A stretch of 64,000 nt of DNA from Utricularia gibba (lineage: Eukaryota > Plantae > Magnoliophyta): positions 1,488,001 to 1,552,000 of the forward strand of contig NEEC01000013.1 of assembly GCA_002189035.1 (NCBI GenBank). The letters run 5' to 3'. Numbering within the stretch: the first letter of the stretch is position 1; each line of letters begins with the position of its first letter. This document shows, piece by piece, positions 10,253-23,886 of this stretch. The notes beneath the pieces were generated by a model. It was not told the origin of the DNA, searched no databases, and was given only the letters and a program-made list of their open reading frames with translations. The translations under genes and the position numbers were made by a program.

Positions 10253-13178
10253 ATGAATGCCTTAAAAATGTCGTTTTCCTGCCATTCTCCTCAAGTTCTT
10301 CGTTATTGTAGCAGTAGTCATCTTCCTGGAAATCCCGCGCCATCTTCTTCATCATCTAATTCTTGCTCCCCTTCGCCCTATTCCCGCCGTCTCAACTTCT
10401 CTTTCTGTCGCCGGCTGAATACAAAGAACTCAAACTCTGGTATTTACTGGTGCCTAATAACTCACTGATTGCCGTGATCTTGTAGAGTATCGGGTGGTAT
10501 TTTTTGAATCAGGCGTTGCAATGGCTCAGTTGCTTTCTTTTTCTTTTTGTGTTAGTTTTAATGTGGGTTCTGAAATTCAGGATTTCTCTTCAATTTGTCG
10601 TCAAGTTCAAATTTTTTAATTTAACCCAGATGTTATTGGCTCAAAGTTGTAAGAGGAAAATCGGGAATTCCTGGCCCATTATCGGTTCCTCGCCGTTTAT
10701 GTTGGAGTTCATTGGTTTCCCCGATCTGGTAGTGTTACTCCCCCAGAACACTGTTCTACAAATATGAGCCAACTGTAGAATCATTTACGACGCTATCCAC
10801 TTTAGCGGCGAGAGATACTTGGCACGGTTTCACGGATCACACAGGGGTTATGGGCTCATCCTACTTAAATGGGAGACTTTTCAGATCTGGGATTTGCTCT
10901 TAGTGGTATTTTTGGTGCCTTCATTTTCAGATGGACTGAATATGATCGTCGTTTGTTGCAGTGATGCAATTCATTTATAGTGATAGCCCGACCTTACTCA
11001 TGCTGAACATGTGATGTTACCTACCGTTGCAGACTTTAAAGGCATCATGAAGAGCATTAGTTTCAGAACCAAAGCATCAAAGAAAATGCATCGAAATCCT
11101 GAGGCCATGATTGATGAGAAGGGGACGCCTGATCATCTTCTTGTTCTTGTTCATGGTATTTGGGCAAGGTATGCCCTTTAATTCGTGTTCATTAAGAGAA
11201 ACCTCCAGTGTTACTTCCCATAGTTGTGAGCATTTCATTTTCCTGGGTTGTTCGTTTTTTAAATGTACTGATTGTTTACTCTTCCACAGCCCAGCTGACT
11301 GGACAAACTTTGAAGCAGATTTGAAAAGGAGATTAGGAAATAACTTCTTGATCTATGGTATGCATTTTTTGACAATAGTCTCGATTTGTGTGTTGCTTAT
11401 TAGCAATTTGTTTGCTAGTGAATCCTAAAAGAATGAATGGCAAGTGTTTTTCCTGAGGACTAAATGCTGATCGTCCTTTCAACAGCTTGATTGTTGGCTT
11501 ATTCACAGTTTAGATCAAGTTTTTCACTATTACAAGTTGCAGATCATGAATGTCTTTTTTTTTTCACAAACTCGTTTCTCTATGGTGTGTAGTAAGTTCA
11601 TGTAATACGTACATGAAGACTCTCACTGGGATTGATGAGTCTGGTAAAAGGCTAGCTGATGAAGTAAGTTTTGGAATGCAGTCCAATCTATTTTCATGCT
11701 TGCATTCTCTAAACCTTTAGGCGAATATAAATTTTTTTGTAACAGGTTAGGGAGGTTGTAAGATCTTCTGGGAGCTTAACAAAGATTTCTTTTTTGGCGC
11801 ATTCTCTGGGTGGATTAATTGCCAGATATGCAATCGGTGTTCTTTACCAGCCCAATATCCCTTCTCATCAGCTTGCTACAAATGGTAATGCTGCATGCTG
11901 TGGAAACTATGGTCCAATTGCTGGGCTGGAACCCATTAATTTTATTACCCTTGCAACGCCTCACCTTGGAGTACGAGGAAATAAGCAGGTATGATGATGA
12001 TTTAGTCTGTGTTTCCAGTTCCTTTTTCATATGAATTGAGTTTGCTGTTTTCTGTTAAAAGAGAATGAGTAGGAAATATTTCCTGAATCTGATTTTATGC
12101 AAAAATACAGCTTCCATTCCTTCTTGGTGTGCCTTTATTGGAGAAACTTGTTGCTCCTGTTGCCCCTATCTTCGTTGGTACAACAGGCCGTCAACTGTTT
12201 CTTACTGATGGGAAGGCAGACAAACCACCGCTTTTGTTGAGAATGACTTCAGATTGCGGCGATTGCAAGTTTATGTGAGTAAAGTTGCCAGTAAAAGCCA
12301 TCACTTTTACCGCTTCCTCTCTTAACCTTCTGAAACTTGAGGCTTATTAACCTCAAACAAATACGCAGATCTGCACTTGCTGCTTTCCAACATCGGGTTC
12401 TCTATGCCAACGTCTCATATGACCGTATCCTTCACTTCTTTTCATTGCAAACCATGTTTATCATTTTATTTGTCTGTTCCTAACATTTTCCAGACATGGT
12501 TGGCTGGCGGACAGCCTCAGTGCGAAGGGAAGCTGAACTCGTGAAGGTAACTAGATAAAAGCTTCTGCCTCTCCCCTGTATGTTTTTATCTATGAGTGTT
12601 CTCTTATAATCTTGTGTTTACCAAATGTCCCATTTTCATTTGCAGATTCCGACACTCTCACTCGACGGCTACAAGCACATTGTCAAGGTTGAGCAATGCC
12701 TACCCTGTCAGTTTGAGACACCAAGCTTTCCTCCAGAAGCAGTGAAAGCAAAGGAAGCTGCTCAGACCCAACCGACCACGAAGAACACGGTCAAATATCA
12801 CGAGATCATGGAAGGTAGCTTGAACCCATCTAACTCTTCCAGCCCCACAGAACTTAGCTCTGTTTTTTTCTGGTTTCACAGAGGAGATGATACGAGGCTT
12901 ACAAGGACTCGAATGGACGAAAGTAGACGTAAATTTTGGGTTCACTTGGTGGCCATTTTTAGCTCACAGTACCATACATGTTAGTACTCAGAAAGAGATG
13001 CACACAGAGTCTTCCAGCTTGCTTGCCTTGCCTCGTTGCGTAACGTTTGCTCGATGTGGCGCAGGTGAAGAAAGGCAGGCTTCATAACGCAGGTGCGGAA
13101 GTGGTCGCTCATGTTGCTCATACCATACAACAGTACGATCCTTCTTCGCCATGCCCCAAGACTGGCAGCAGCGTATGA
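10253..13178 (+). CDS. DUF676 putative serine esterase/lipase (alpha/beta hydrolase), multi-exon
   Basis: Exons encode PDHLLVLVHGI, PADW, TGIDESGKRLADE, nucleophile elbow AHSLGGLIARYAI, FITLATPHLGVRG, YANVSYDHMVGWRTAS and WWPFLAHSTIH-VKKGRLHNAGAEVVAH. The start is approximate; the N-terminus is Ser-rich and transit-like. Confidence 0.85.
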
Positions 13179-13550
13179 AGGATGCCTGCCATGCTTCTTC
13201 CATCCCAGCGGAAACGAAACCACTAGGGTTCTTAATTTTATTCGACTGGAAGCAACGCATATTGGGTATTCATCACCTCAGAGCGACCAGCATGTCCTAA
13301 CTGGGAATTTCTGCTTCTCAAGCATGTGATTTAAGTTTTAGGGTAATTTGGGGTTTAGGGTAATTTTTAGGGCATCAAGTATGTGATGAAAATCATGTTG
13401 ACGGCTTGGATTTGCCGACGTGGAAAAAAAAATATTAAATTCATTGTCAAACGTCTAAGTACACTCCATGACTCCAAGCAACCCGTAATGGCAATTTACA
13501 TACAACGGCGCCAGTCTGTTCTTTGTGAACATGTTGTGAGAGATGGATCA

Positions 13551-14015
13551 TCACTGCGTCTCAGAAATGCTGTCCAGACGGGGTTGCCAAACTCCGGCGC
13601 GACGGCGCCGATATCCACTCCTGGAGGAGCTTTTCTGTATCAAGCTCTCGTGCTCATGATAGAGTGATTTCGGAATCTTGATATGCCCACCGCCATAGCT
13701 ACGCCTAGCTTCCCTTTTTCTTGGTGTTCTCTCCGGCAACGGCGCTAGGAAATAGATTTCTCCACGCCTGAGCTTCGCATTAGGGGGCACAACAACGACA
13801 CCGCGGCGAACCTCGCCCCAGTGAGACGACAACTTTCTGAGGATATGTTGGGGGTAAAGCTCCATTATCTCTGCTGCTCTTATCGTGCCGGTGAGTTCTT
13901 GGAGGTGGCCGTCGGAGTGGATGATCCGGACGACGTCGAATGCGCCGCAGGGAAGAATGCAGGAAATGAAGCATTTGAGAGTGCGCTTCACCACCCCTGC
14001 CATTGCCACTGCCAT
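13551..14015 (-). CDS. DUF4228 (PADRE) family protein, intronless
   Basis: CFISCILPCGAFDVVRIIHSDG...IRAAEIM...P.H.L...LRRGEIYFL signature and the WQPRLDSISE C-terminus. Confidence 0.88.
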   Translation of the reverse strand: MAVAMAGVVKRTLKCFISCILPCGAFDVVRIIHSDGHLQELTGTIRAAEIMELYPQHILRKLSSHWGEVRRGVVVVPPNAKLRRGEIYFLAPLPERTPRKREARRSYGGGHIKIPKSLYHEHESLIQKSSSRSGYRRRRAGVWQPRLDSISETQ

Positions 14016-14917
14016 TGACTCCTCTGTTCTCCTCTATTTATACAACAACAACAATGAGCAGGAGAAAACATTCTTTCCCCATTTTTTATAGGCACCAAAA
14101 AGAAATAATCAGTAATCATGAATGCTGAAAATGATGAATAATTAGTTTAATTTTAAAATTTAAAATTACAATAAGAATGATTGTGGTGAGAACAAGCTTC
14201 AACAATGACTTTCGTCTTTTAGAACAAATAAATTCTACATCCTAAATTAAAATGAAATAGTTAAATATATAATAAACTACAAATTAATAGTAACTAATTA
14301 GAATTAAATTTTCTAATATGATATATATTTAATATTTACTTAAACTTTATGTATGTTCTTTCTACCCATCAAGTTTTTAATTTCAACACTAGTTAAACGT
14401 ATTAGTGATCCAAATTGAAAAATAATAATAATTAGTAAAATAGAATATATAACATGCTTGTCATCCACCTGGATTGAGGATAAGAACGTCACCTCCAACT
14501 GTTGAAACTGTGAAAAAGAGAAGAGGAGAGGGGGTTTCCCTTCTATTTTTAACAACTAAATTAATGTCTTTAAAGTTTGATTGGACAATAATCGCTTGTC
14601 CTGATGCACTTTCTCTTTTGACTCATCCATCAATTATTGGTTGAGAGGGGACACGTGTTGAGCTGATCATTAGGCTCACACGACAGCAGGTGTGACTAAC
14701 TAAACAAGTGGCGCAACGTGTCCGCCTCAGGTAATTTTAATGCCGCCAGCGGAAATATGGGCCGTATCGTTAATGAAAGCCCGATGTTCGAAATTGGGCC
14801 GGGTTGGGGCCCAATAGTCTACGGTTTCTGGTTTCGTGGCCGCCAAGTTGTAACTGCCGGGAGGAAAGGTAACTGAAGGCAATAGGACGTTGGGTGTCTT
14901 CCTCCGCCGCGACGGAG

Positions 14918-16057
14918 ATGCCGGTGTTCAAGACCCCGTTCAATGGCTACGCCGTCAAATTTAGTCCATTCTATGAGAACCAATTGGCTGTTGCTACCGC
15001 TCAGAATTTCGGAATTCTTGGAAACGGCCGCCTCCACGTTCTCCAGTTAGGCCCTGCCATCACCGAAATAGCCGCTTTTGACACGGCAGACGGCGTGTAC
15101 GATCTCTGCTGGTCCGAATCTCACGATTCGCTAATTATCGCCGCCATCGCCGATGGTTCGCTCAAGATCTACGACTTATCGCTTCCTCCGGCGTCGAATC
15201 CTGTGCGCTCGCTCCAGGAGCACGCCCGCGAGTGCCATGGCGTCGATTTCAACGTTGTGAGGAAAGACTCGTTTTTGAGCTCTTCATGGGATGATACCGT
15301 GAAATTGTGGGCCGTCGACCGGCCGGCGAGCTTGAGGACTTTCAAGGAGCATGCCTATTGTGTCTACTCCGCCGCCTGGAACCCTAGACACGCCGATGTA
15401 TTCGCTTCAGCTTCCGGCGATTGTACCGCTCGCATCTGGGATGTCCGAGAACCAGGTACTCCATCATTCATATACGGCACCCCCATTTTCATGTCTGTAG
15501 ATCAGTAGGTAATTCGCCATTGAATTGCATTGTGAAGCTCCTCTTCTACTGAAATACGATGAAATGTTGGATGTAAACTCCGCTGTTCATAGTTTCTGTT
15601 GATTGATCACACATTGTGCTGATGATTCACAGTATTTCATACACTGGTTCAGGTTCAACCATGATTCTTCCTGCTCATGAATTTGAGATCCTGTCTTGTG
15701 ACTGGAACAAGTATGATGACTGCATCCTTGCAACCGCTTCAGTCGACAAATCCATCAAAGTCTGGGATGTAAGGAGCTTCAGGGTCCCTGTGGCTGCGCT
15801 CAATGGCCATACCTATGCTGTGAGGAAAGTTAAGTTCTCTCCGCATCGGGGGCATGATGGTGTCGTGCTCATACGACATGACTGTGTGCCTGTGGGACTA
15901 CATGGTTGAAGATGCACTGGTTGGAAGGTATGATCACCATACGGAGTTTGCAGTAGGCGTAGACATGAGTGTGTTTGTTGACGGGCTTTTGGCAAGCACT
16001 GGTTGGGATGAGCTTGTCTATGTTTGGCAACACGGGACTGATCCGAGGGCCATTTGA
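14918..16057 (+). CDS. PEX7: Peroxin 7, PTS2 receptor (WD40); exons 14918-15455 and 15653-16057; apparent frameshift at G-run 15848-15852
   Basis: MPVFKTPFNGYAVKFSPFYE...ATAQNFGILGNGR N-terminus, WD repeats, and SCSYDMTVCLWDYMVEDALVGRYDHHTEFAVGVDMS. The frame switches after FSPHR. Confidence 0.95.
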
Positions 16058-16213
16058 TTTGTTTCTTCTCTGCAAAAAAATTGGATGCTAAAGCCTGTCT
16101 GTTGTGTATATGTGCGTCATGCAGGTGAAAGATTTCTGAATAAATTTGAAAAGAAAACTTACAGTTTTTATTGCATCTTTCTGTTTAGTGAAACCACAAC
16201 CTATGAGCAGAAA

Positions 16214-19200
16214 CTAGCATTCATATTCTTGCAGACGTGCAAGAACCTCTTGAGAGCTCGGTCGTTCATCTGGTTCTGCCCAGCAATCTGCCACCAAGAA
16301 CGGTAATCAAATATGCATTCCCAAACCACAAATGAAAAAACGCACCAGCTAACAGCTCGTGCACTGTGCTCAATAACAAACCGGCTCGTGCACAAAACGT
16401 CATCACCTCATTTGAGAAAAAGATGAACACAGAAAAAACTCACCAGCTATTAGCTTTCCCAGGGGCCATCTGGGATTTCTAGTCTCTGTCCTTCGTTACC
16501 AACGGCATAGACTACCTGAAGAGTAAGACAATGGACGGATTAGTGACCGGTCCAGTGTTCCATTCCCCGGAGAGCTATGGTATATGAGTGTCTATTATGT
16601 CATGTGATCCACAAGCAAAGATGGTGATGGTACAGATCAAGTGCCTTAAAAGTTGCTTCTTTGTGTAAAAAGAACTGAACCTGTGCAGATGGTTTGCCTT
16701 CCCATGGTCGGTTGAGGGTGCATAGCTCCCAAATTATGACGCCAAGACTGAAGATATCACATTTTTCAGTGAATGGCTCATTGCGAATGAGTTCTGGTGC
16801 CATCCACTCCGGTGTTCCTGCTGATGAAGAATCCTTCATGGGGCGGGAGGAAAGGAAACGGGAAAGACCGAAGTCACATATCTTGACTGTCCAATGCTTG
16901 TTAACAAGGCAATTTGCGCTTTTTAGATCACGATGCACGATGTTCATCCAATGAACGATAATTAATCCCCTAAATCCAAGCAAGTGTAAAATCAAGTAAG
17001 AAAGACGACTAGGAACAATGCAGAATAGTTGGAAGAATCCTGCTCAGAACATCAGAAGTCAGTTTAAACATGTAAAAGAACGTTTCAGATCAACATATGG
17101 AACCAAGATCCCAAGAAATTTGCCTTCCAAAGTCATTCGTTCGTCGATAGTTTGAGATAAAGAGCCAAACAAACTCAAAAAATTACAATTTGAAAACCCC
17201 ATGTATTGAAGAAAATAATGAAGATCTGATGTTTCTCTAAGCATAGGATCAAGAAAACTAGACGCATTATCTTGCCTGCATATATCACAGAGCATTTTAA
17301 GCCTCCTATGCCAGCTAAGCTTTTTTTTGAGTCCGGATGCATGTATTAGGTGATAGAGAGACCCCATCTCCATATATTCAGTAACAATGGACAGACGAGG
17401 AGGCTTCATACACGCACCAAGGAACAAAATAACTGGGAGAGATAAAGCTTTTCAGGGCTAATCAAATTTCATATCAGGAACGGAAAACAAAATTGTAGGA
17501 ACATTACCATTAGGATGACGAATACGGCTGCAGGAACAAAAAAACAAAATCGGTCAACAAGAACTGAAATAGGAAATATGGATCAACAGGCTTTCACCTC
17601 AATATACATATCTCATTACAGAAGTCTTCAACATTCTCCAGGGTCAAATCTTGTTCCAGAAAAACTTTTATAGCGACCTCTAATCCATACCATGTACCAC
17701 GAAAGACTTCCCCAAAGAATCCTAATATGGAAAGCAAATGCGTGGTTTCTTGTAGAAAACTGTTGATCTAATTAAAAACAGCTGAAGGAAAATTACCAAT
17801 ACCAACACGACTTTGGATGCTTATCTCAGAAAACTCAATATTCCACTCTTCAAAGGGTACCAATGGTTTGTTGAGTATCTTCGAGGATTCAATGACCGTT
17901 TTAAATGCTGACACCGTATTTTCACATGGCTCTAACTCCTCATTCGACAATACTTGATTGGAAAAATATTGAGGGGATGAAGGCAAAGAAACTGCTTTTT
18001 GTGCGTCCACAGATTTCAAGGGAAACTTATGGGTCAAATCTTTTTGAGCACACAATCCGCCATGGCTATCTTCACTATATCTTGACACCTGAAAATAAAA
18101 AGAGAATCGCTAGAGGAAGCATTCCACTGGCAGTTTCAGAGATTTAATGGTTTAGCTTGCATACACTTTCTTGAAGATAACAGTCATCTCTTTCACTGAG
18201 AGGAGTAGAATTCGATTTTTCCTCTGAAGCACGATTTCTCTTGAGAACCTCATTCATTTCTCTGACAGCTCTGGATACAAATCACTTGAACAAAGTTTAC
18301 ATGCACCCGGGTAGAAAATACACAATCCAGTAAAACAAAGCTCAGCATGCTAACAAGGATAGCTGGCAGAGAAATTAAAATAAATCCCAAAGAACATGAA
18401 TCAATTGTACAAGAGGAGACGAAAAGAAATAGCTGCACCTTACAATATCATCGCCTATCTCAGGAACCATACTAGCACAACGCCGCCTTCTCCTACAAGC
18501 TTCTACGGGAGATGCACCAGCAGACCTTCATTTTTAAAAGGCAACGACATTGTGCAACGGTAACTAATAATAAGAAGAGTTTGCAAATAACTGAATTCTA
18601 TAAAGGAAGCCTGTAACTACAAAAAAAAAAGGTAAAACCTTGAAGAATTGTTGTTATTACTATATTGTTGGTAATGGCCCCGGATTCCAAGCAAAGATCT
18701 TCCATGCCCACGAAAGAAATGGTTTTCAGGACTGGAAAAAGAGAACACGTGTCCAGAAAACAGGAATGATAATAAAAAAGATGTTTAGACTGTCTTGTGA
18801 GAAGAACCTTGAACTTGCTGTCCTCTGCTCAGCAATGACTTTCTTCCTGCTATGCCGCCAAAATGAATTTGAGACATTTGGTTCACTGTGTGATAGCCTT
18901 GAGAGGAGCTCAGTATTAGCAACCTTTATCAAGCAAAAGAAACAACAGAGAAATATATATGGCTAAATGGTTGAAGTCATTCATATCAACACAAGTTACA
19001 GGAAATCCATAACTTAAAAGCCACAGAGAAAATTCTTTGTTGGTTTTCAAGGAATCACACATACCCCTCAACTTCTGTTTGATCTGAAAAATCACACATA
19101 GGACTGTTTGGTTCAATGGGTGAATCATTTGAGTCATTTTCCGCTGAATCACTCTCACCTGCTGAGAGATGAGAATGAAATATTGCCCTTGTTGAGCATG

Positions 19201-20213
19201 GTAATAGCTTCCCAGGATTACGGGAAAGATCTACCAAAAGTTCAACAGAGTTCAAAACAACTATGACAGACATGTGATTATTTTTGTCTGTTGGCTCCAT
19301 TGCTCCTTTAGGCAAACCCTATTAAGAATAATGAAAATAAAGGACCAATAAAACCATGAAAAGTGATTGACTTCTGAATCCTTGTAATGAAGGTAGACGG
19401 ACCAATATGAGATTACTTTCGAGGCCAACAGTGTCAGCAAGAACTTTGAATAATATGGCTCTCGAATGGCAAGAACCGTGCTTTATTTGCCCAAGCATAA
19501 GAATGCCATCCAAATAATGAAGCGCCTCCTCAAGCACACCTGACATTGGATCCTGTTCCAGTTTTGTCCTTTTGAAAAAATCACAGACCTTCAAATGGGA
19601 AAAAAATTAGAAACAGATCAGATAGCTTCAGAGACAATGAATTATTACAATTAAAATCTTGGGGATCACTGACCAATCCAGCAAGTTTCTTGATCATGGC
19701 AGCAGGCTTCATGTTCAGTCCTTTAACCAATGTGATAGCAAGTTGCTTTAACATGCAAAGCTTCTTATCTTTGCGTGAATCTACAAGAATGACATTGGGC
19801 CTGAGCCCCTCGGATTCCAAAGCACGAAGCTCATCCATTGATGGAATAGTATCAAAAAGGTCCTTATATCTTCTTTCCTAAAAAGAAAGAGCATTGGACT
19901 ACAACTTTATTGCATTCTGCCTCAAAAGATACTTGCAATGGCTATAAACACGAAGTTGACATACTGGATTAACAAAGTAGAAGCCATCAGGAATTGGTTC
20001 AGAGAGTTTCCCCGTGTCCCAGAGAGTCTGTGATGCTATATAAAATGATGGACTCAAAAAGTCCTGCTGGTTTGCTGATCCTCTAGAACTTGACGACTCA
20101 TCTGATGAAACCAGGGAAATTGATCGTAGCTTCTCAAGGAGACTTTCTGGCCACCACTGGATACGAGATGCAGGTGCGTCTGGACATTTGCTATCATCCC
20201 TTATCTCTTCCAT
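16214..20213 (-). CDS. Raf-like MAPKKK with EDR1-type N-terminal domain (At3g58640-like), multi-exon; apparent 1-nt frameshift at 16462-16465
   Basis: N-terminus WWPESLLEKL...LWDTGKLSEPIPDGFY; HGSCHSRAILFKVLAD; kinase motifs IVHRDLKSANCL, DFGLS, GTPEWMAPE, DIFSLGVI; last exon DCWAEPDERPS...EYEC*. Confidence 0.9.
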
Positions 20214-21699
20214 GTACTAGTTAACACCACATACGATGCTGCGATATTTTGCACCTCATAGGATGTACATTTTTCATAGCTATAATAAACTGGGAAACCA
20301 GGAAGAATGCACTATTTTATGCAGAATCTTCTTCACAACCTACGGTGGCAAAAGAAAATGGATGTTCAAGTTCCAATTACTAAGATGATTACATTATTTG
20401 CTTTTTAGAAAAAATTCTATGGAAACCAAACTGCATTCATAAAGCAGCATTCAACAGACACTGGGTAAAATTAATGAAAACATTGAACAACGGACTAAGT
20501 CCAATTTGATAGGATCTGAATGTCCTATCAAAGGCCCTCGAAACCCTTCACATTTTAGAACATAAAATCAAAGATAACTCGAACTCTTTAACCGCCTAAT
20601 TCCTTGGCTAGTGAGTGATCCATGCATCCCTGATTAACAATTTCTTTTTTCTTTAGCATCAATGTAACTTACAAAAATCGAATTCAAATAATTTCGATCG
20701 GGAAGGACAAAAATTTATCCTGCAGACGTAAAATTGAGGATCCATCTGGCTACACACCTCGCCAGTATTGGTTTCAACAAAAAAAACCCCAGGAACGACG
20801 TAACTACGAACATGTGTCATGAATCCATCGACGCAGCTTCCTTGCAATCTAAGTACAGAAAAACAAGGAGAGTGCGGAATCACCTGAGGATCTGGGAAAG
20901 GAATTGAAGACTCTGCTTAATTGGGAACCAAGCCTATGAATCTGAATGCTTTGGCGTCAAACAAAATTCCGTTACCGATCGGTAAACAGTTTGTTCATGT
21001 CATTTGAACAATAATTTTCTAAGAATTTATTTTAAAAAGAAAGTGACTATTATTTTTTGGGCTTTTTATCAGGTGCAGGCCCAGTAATTCTTGCGATCTT
21101 CAGGCCTCATTTAGTTACTGTAAGGATATTGTGGTCATTTGTCGTTGTGTTAAATCCTACTCTCCGGTGGCCGGTGCTGATAGAGTTGTCCGAACAACTC
21201 CTCAAAAAGGAACGGCGGAGCTGGTTTCTGGCCCTTTCGTTAAGAAAACGGTAAGGAAAAGCTGCTGCATACTAAAAAATAAGAACTTCTAAGCCACAAT
21301 TGACATCACGTGGTGGTGCGCCCTACCTTCCCACTTGGGGCGCATTGGGCCCTCTCTCAGCGGCACCCTTTCAGCAGTTTCAACTTGGGGTTCTTTTAGA
21401 ACTGCTGGTTCTGTAAAGAGTGTTTGGTTCCAGAAGATGGGTCGTTTTAGAGCTAAGCGAGATGATTGATGCACACAGTTTGGCAATTGAAAACGAAAGA
21501 ACAATACCTGAAGTAGCTGAGGATTATTCCTCTGGCATTTTCATGGTCACATTTGACATGAAACATAAGGATACATAACATACCAGTTAGGATTCGTCTG
21601 CCCAGATAGCCAATTCAGGAAACTAGACAGACAATCCCACCAAGGTGAAAAAGCAGAAGAAAACAGAACGGCAAAGGGGGGTGTTATTCCATGAAGTTT

Positions 21700-23139
21700 C
21701 TACTCAGTGTCTGAAGGCAAGTAAGAGGAATGAGGAATGGGTTCCACCATGAGGCTACGCAATCCCGGATTCAGTTCACGGACACAGAATTCTTCGTACT
21801 CGACTTTATCCCCACCCTTCTTCTTCACCTCGACGACTCGCAAGGAAGGTGTCAATTCGAATATTTCAGCTGCAATCGTTAAAGGTCCTTTCACACCAGC
21901 TCTTGATCCCTCGAGATTCACCCTGCAATCCTTTTTCCTCACTGTGAAGCTCACAATTTTGGCAATTTCTTCTAGCTTTGAAATGATAGAGGCTACGGGT
22001 GCTCCAGAAACAAATCTTGCACCAGCATCTGATCCTTCCTCAAACAATCCTGACAGATCGAAACCCCGGGAAAATGATATTATGTCAAATGCATTCAAGC
22101 TAGCAGGTCTGGGAAGACTGGTAATCTTCCTCCTTGTCTCCAACTCTGATTCAGATTCAGACAATGAGGCGTCAGAGCACAAGGATTCAACATCATCGTT
22201 GGCATCATCATGGACATTGAACAACTTGTCATCCTCTATGTAGAATTTCACGTGCTTGAAGCCCCTCTTGAACCATTTGTTGTTCATGATTTCAGGGATT
22301 GTGATTCGTGTCTCCGGATTGGTATCGAGCAGGCGCGTGAACAATCGGACCAGCTCATGTGAGAACCATCTAGGACACCTGAACTCACCTCTGTAGATCT
22401 TCTTATACATAGCCATGATGTTTTGATCATGGAACGGCAAATAACCTGCCATCAAGACGAAGAGTATGACACCACAGCTCCAGATATCAACTTTTGCGGC
22501 ATCATAACCTTTCCTCGCCAACACCTCCGGCGCTACATACGCCGGCGTTCCGCAAAAGGTGTGAAAAAGGCCATCTTGCTTTATCTGTTCAGATATAGCA
22601 CTTAAACCAAAATCCGATACCTTGAGATTCCCATCTTCATCGATCAATATATTTTCCGGCTTCAAATCGCGGTGGTACACACCTCGAGCGTGACAGAACG
22701 ACACGGCCGAAATCAGTTGCTGGAAATATTTCCTGGCAACATCCTCCATTAGCCTCCCTTTTGCCACCTTCCTGAAAAGCTCCCCACCCTTGACATACTC
22801 CATAACGAAATAGATCTTCGATTTCGTCGCCATAACCTCAAACAACTGAACAATGTTGGGATGACGAACACGCCTCAAAATCGAGATCTCGCGCTTGATA
22901 TGCGCAATCAATCCAACTTTCAGAATCTTCTCCTTGTCAATTACCTTAATCGCCACGCTCTCCCCGGTTTTCACGTTCCTAGCAACATACACCTTCGCGA
23001 AGGTCCCATGCCCCAGAAGCTTCCCCTGTTCATACCTCCCCAGCAACAAACCCTTCTTCATCTCGTTCGGCCTCGGAACATCCCCCGATGTGGACGCATC
23101 CGCTGGCCCGTTCACGGCGGTCGCCGCCGCAGCTGCCAT
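21700..23139 (-). CDS. CIPK12: CBL-interacting Ser/Thr protein kinase, CIPK12-like, intronless
   Basis: Complete SnRK3 kinase domain ([35 protein letters not shown]) plus NAF domain [13 protein letters not shown]. The subfamily call is from recalled similarity. Confidence 0.93.
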   Translation of the reverse strand: MAAAAATAVNGPADASTSGDVPRPNEMKKGLLLGRYEQGKLLGHGTFAKVYVARNVKTGESVAIKVIDKEKILKVGLIAHIKREISILRRVRHPNIVQLFEVMATKSKIYFVMEYVKGGELFRKVAKGRLMEDVARKYFQQLISAVSFCHARGVYHRDLKPENILIDEDGNLKVSDFGLSAISEQIKQDGLFHTFCGTPAYVAPEVLARKGYDAAKVDIWSCGVILFVLMAGYLPFHDQNIMAMYKKIYRGEFRCPRWFSHELVRLFTRLLDTNPETRITIPEIMNNKWFKRGFKHVKFYIEDDKLFNVHDDANDDVESLCSDASLSESESELETRRKITSLPRPASLNAFDIISFSRGFDLSGLFEEGSDAGARFVSGAPVASIISKLEEIAKIVSFTVRKKDCRVNLEGSRAGVKGPLTIAAEIFELTPSLRVVEVKKKGGDKVEYEEFCVRELNPGLRSLMVEPIPHSSYLPSDTE

Positions 23140-23886
23140 TTATCAGACACCGGCAAGATCCTCACGCAAGAACCGCACAAGGGCTTCTTGATCTCCCCAT
23201 TCGAGATTTGATTCGGAAACCCGTGGCCTACAGCAATAACCTTGTCAATTTAAACATTCGAAATTGTAATAATTAATTTCAATTATCATACAAATATAAC
23301 GGCGGTTACCATTTAGTGTCTGCCCACGTGGAACACCACCAGCGGCTCCACACCTTGCTTGCCCTAAACGGTCACTGTCACTAGCATTTATAATTAAATT
23401 CCAAATTATATTTGTTACTATTTCCGTCTGGACCCTCCTTAATTCTCGTAACAAAATATGAGGAAACCATTTCACTCTCTTACAAAAATTGCTCAAAAAA
23501 AGAAATAGACAATGATTTTTAGAAATTTTAATTAAAAAAACAAGGTCAATTAATCATATACAAATATTTTTAACGCTAAAAAAATAGTTTTTTATTTTTA
23601 TGTTAAATGCGTGGTAATAATAGTGCAATAAAATAATATATAATTATAGAGAGAGGGAGGGATCTGCAGGTTTAATTTATATTGTATGGTTTCTTTCCAG
23701 AGGAAGCAAGAAAACAAGTTCTCATGGCTCTTGTCTCCGATTCCAGTTCAACTTTCCGGCGACCACAACCGCCACTCTGATAAATTAAATGATGCACCAG
23801 AAGTAGGACTCCCTCATTAGTGGATCCCCAGGCCAATTAATGAATGCGCAGCAGAGATTTGGGAAAGTTCTCTCACCGCCATCGCC

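Noticed and set aside
21737-22605. Long antisense ORFs over CIPK (and similar ones over the methyltransferase, CaMRLK, SFC1 and WI12)
   Set aside because: Codon-bias shadows of real genes on the opposite strand.
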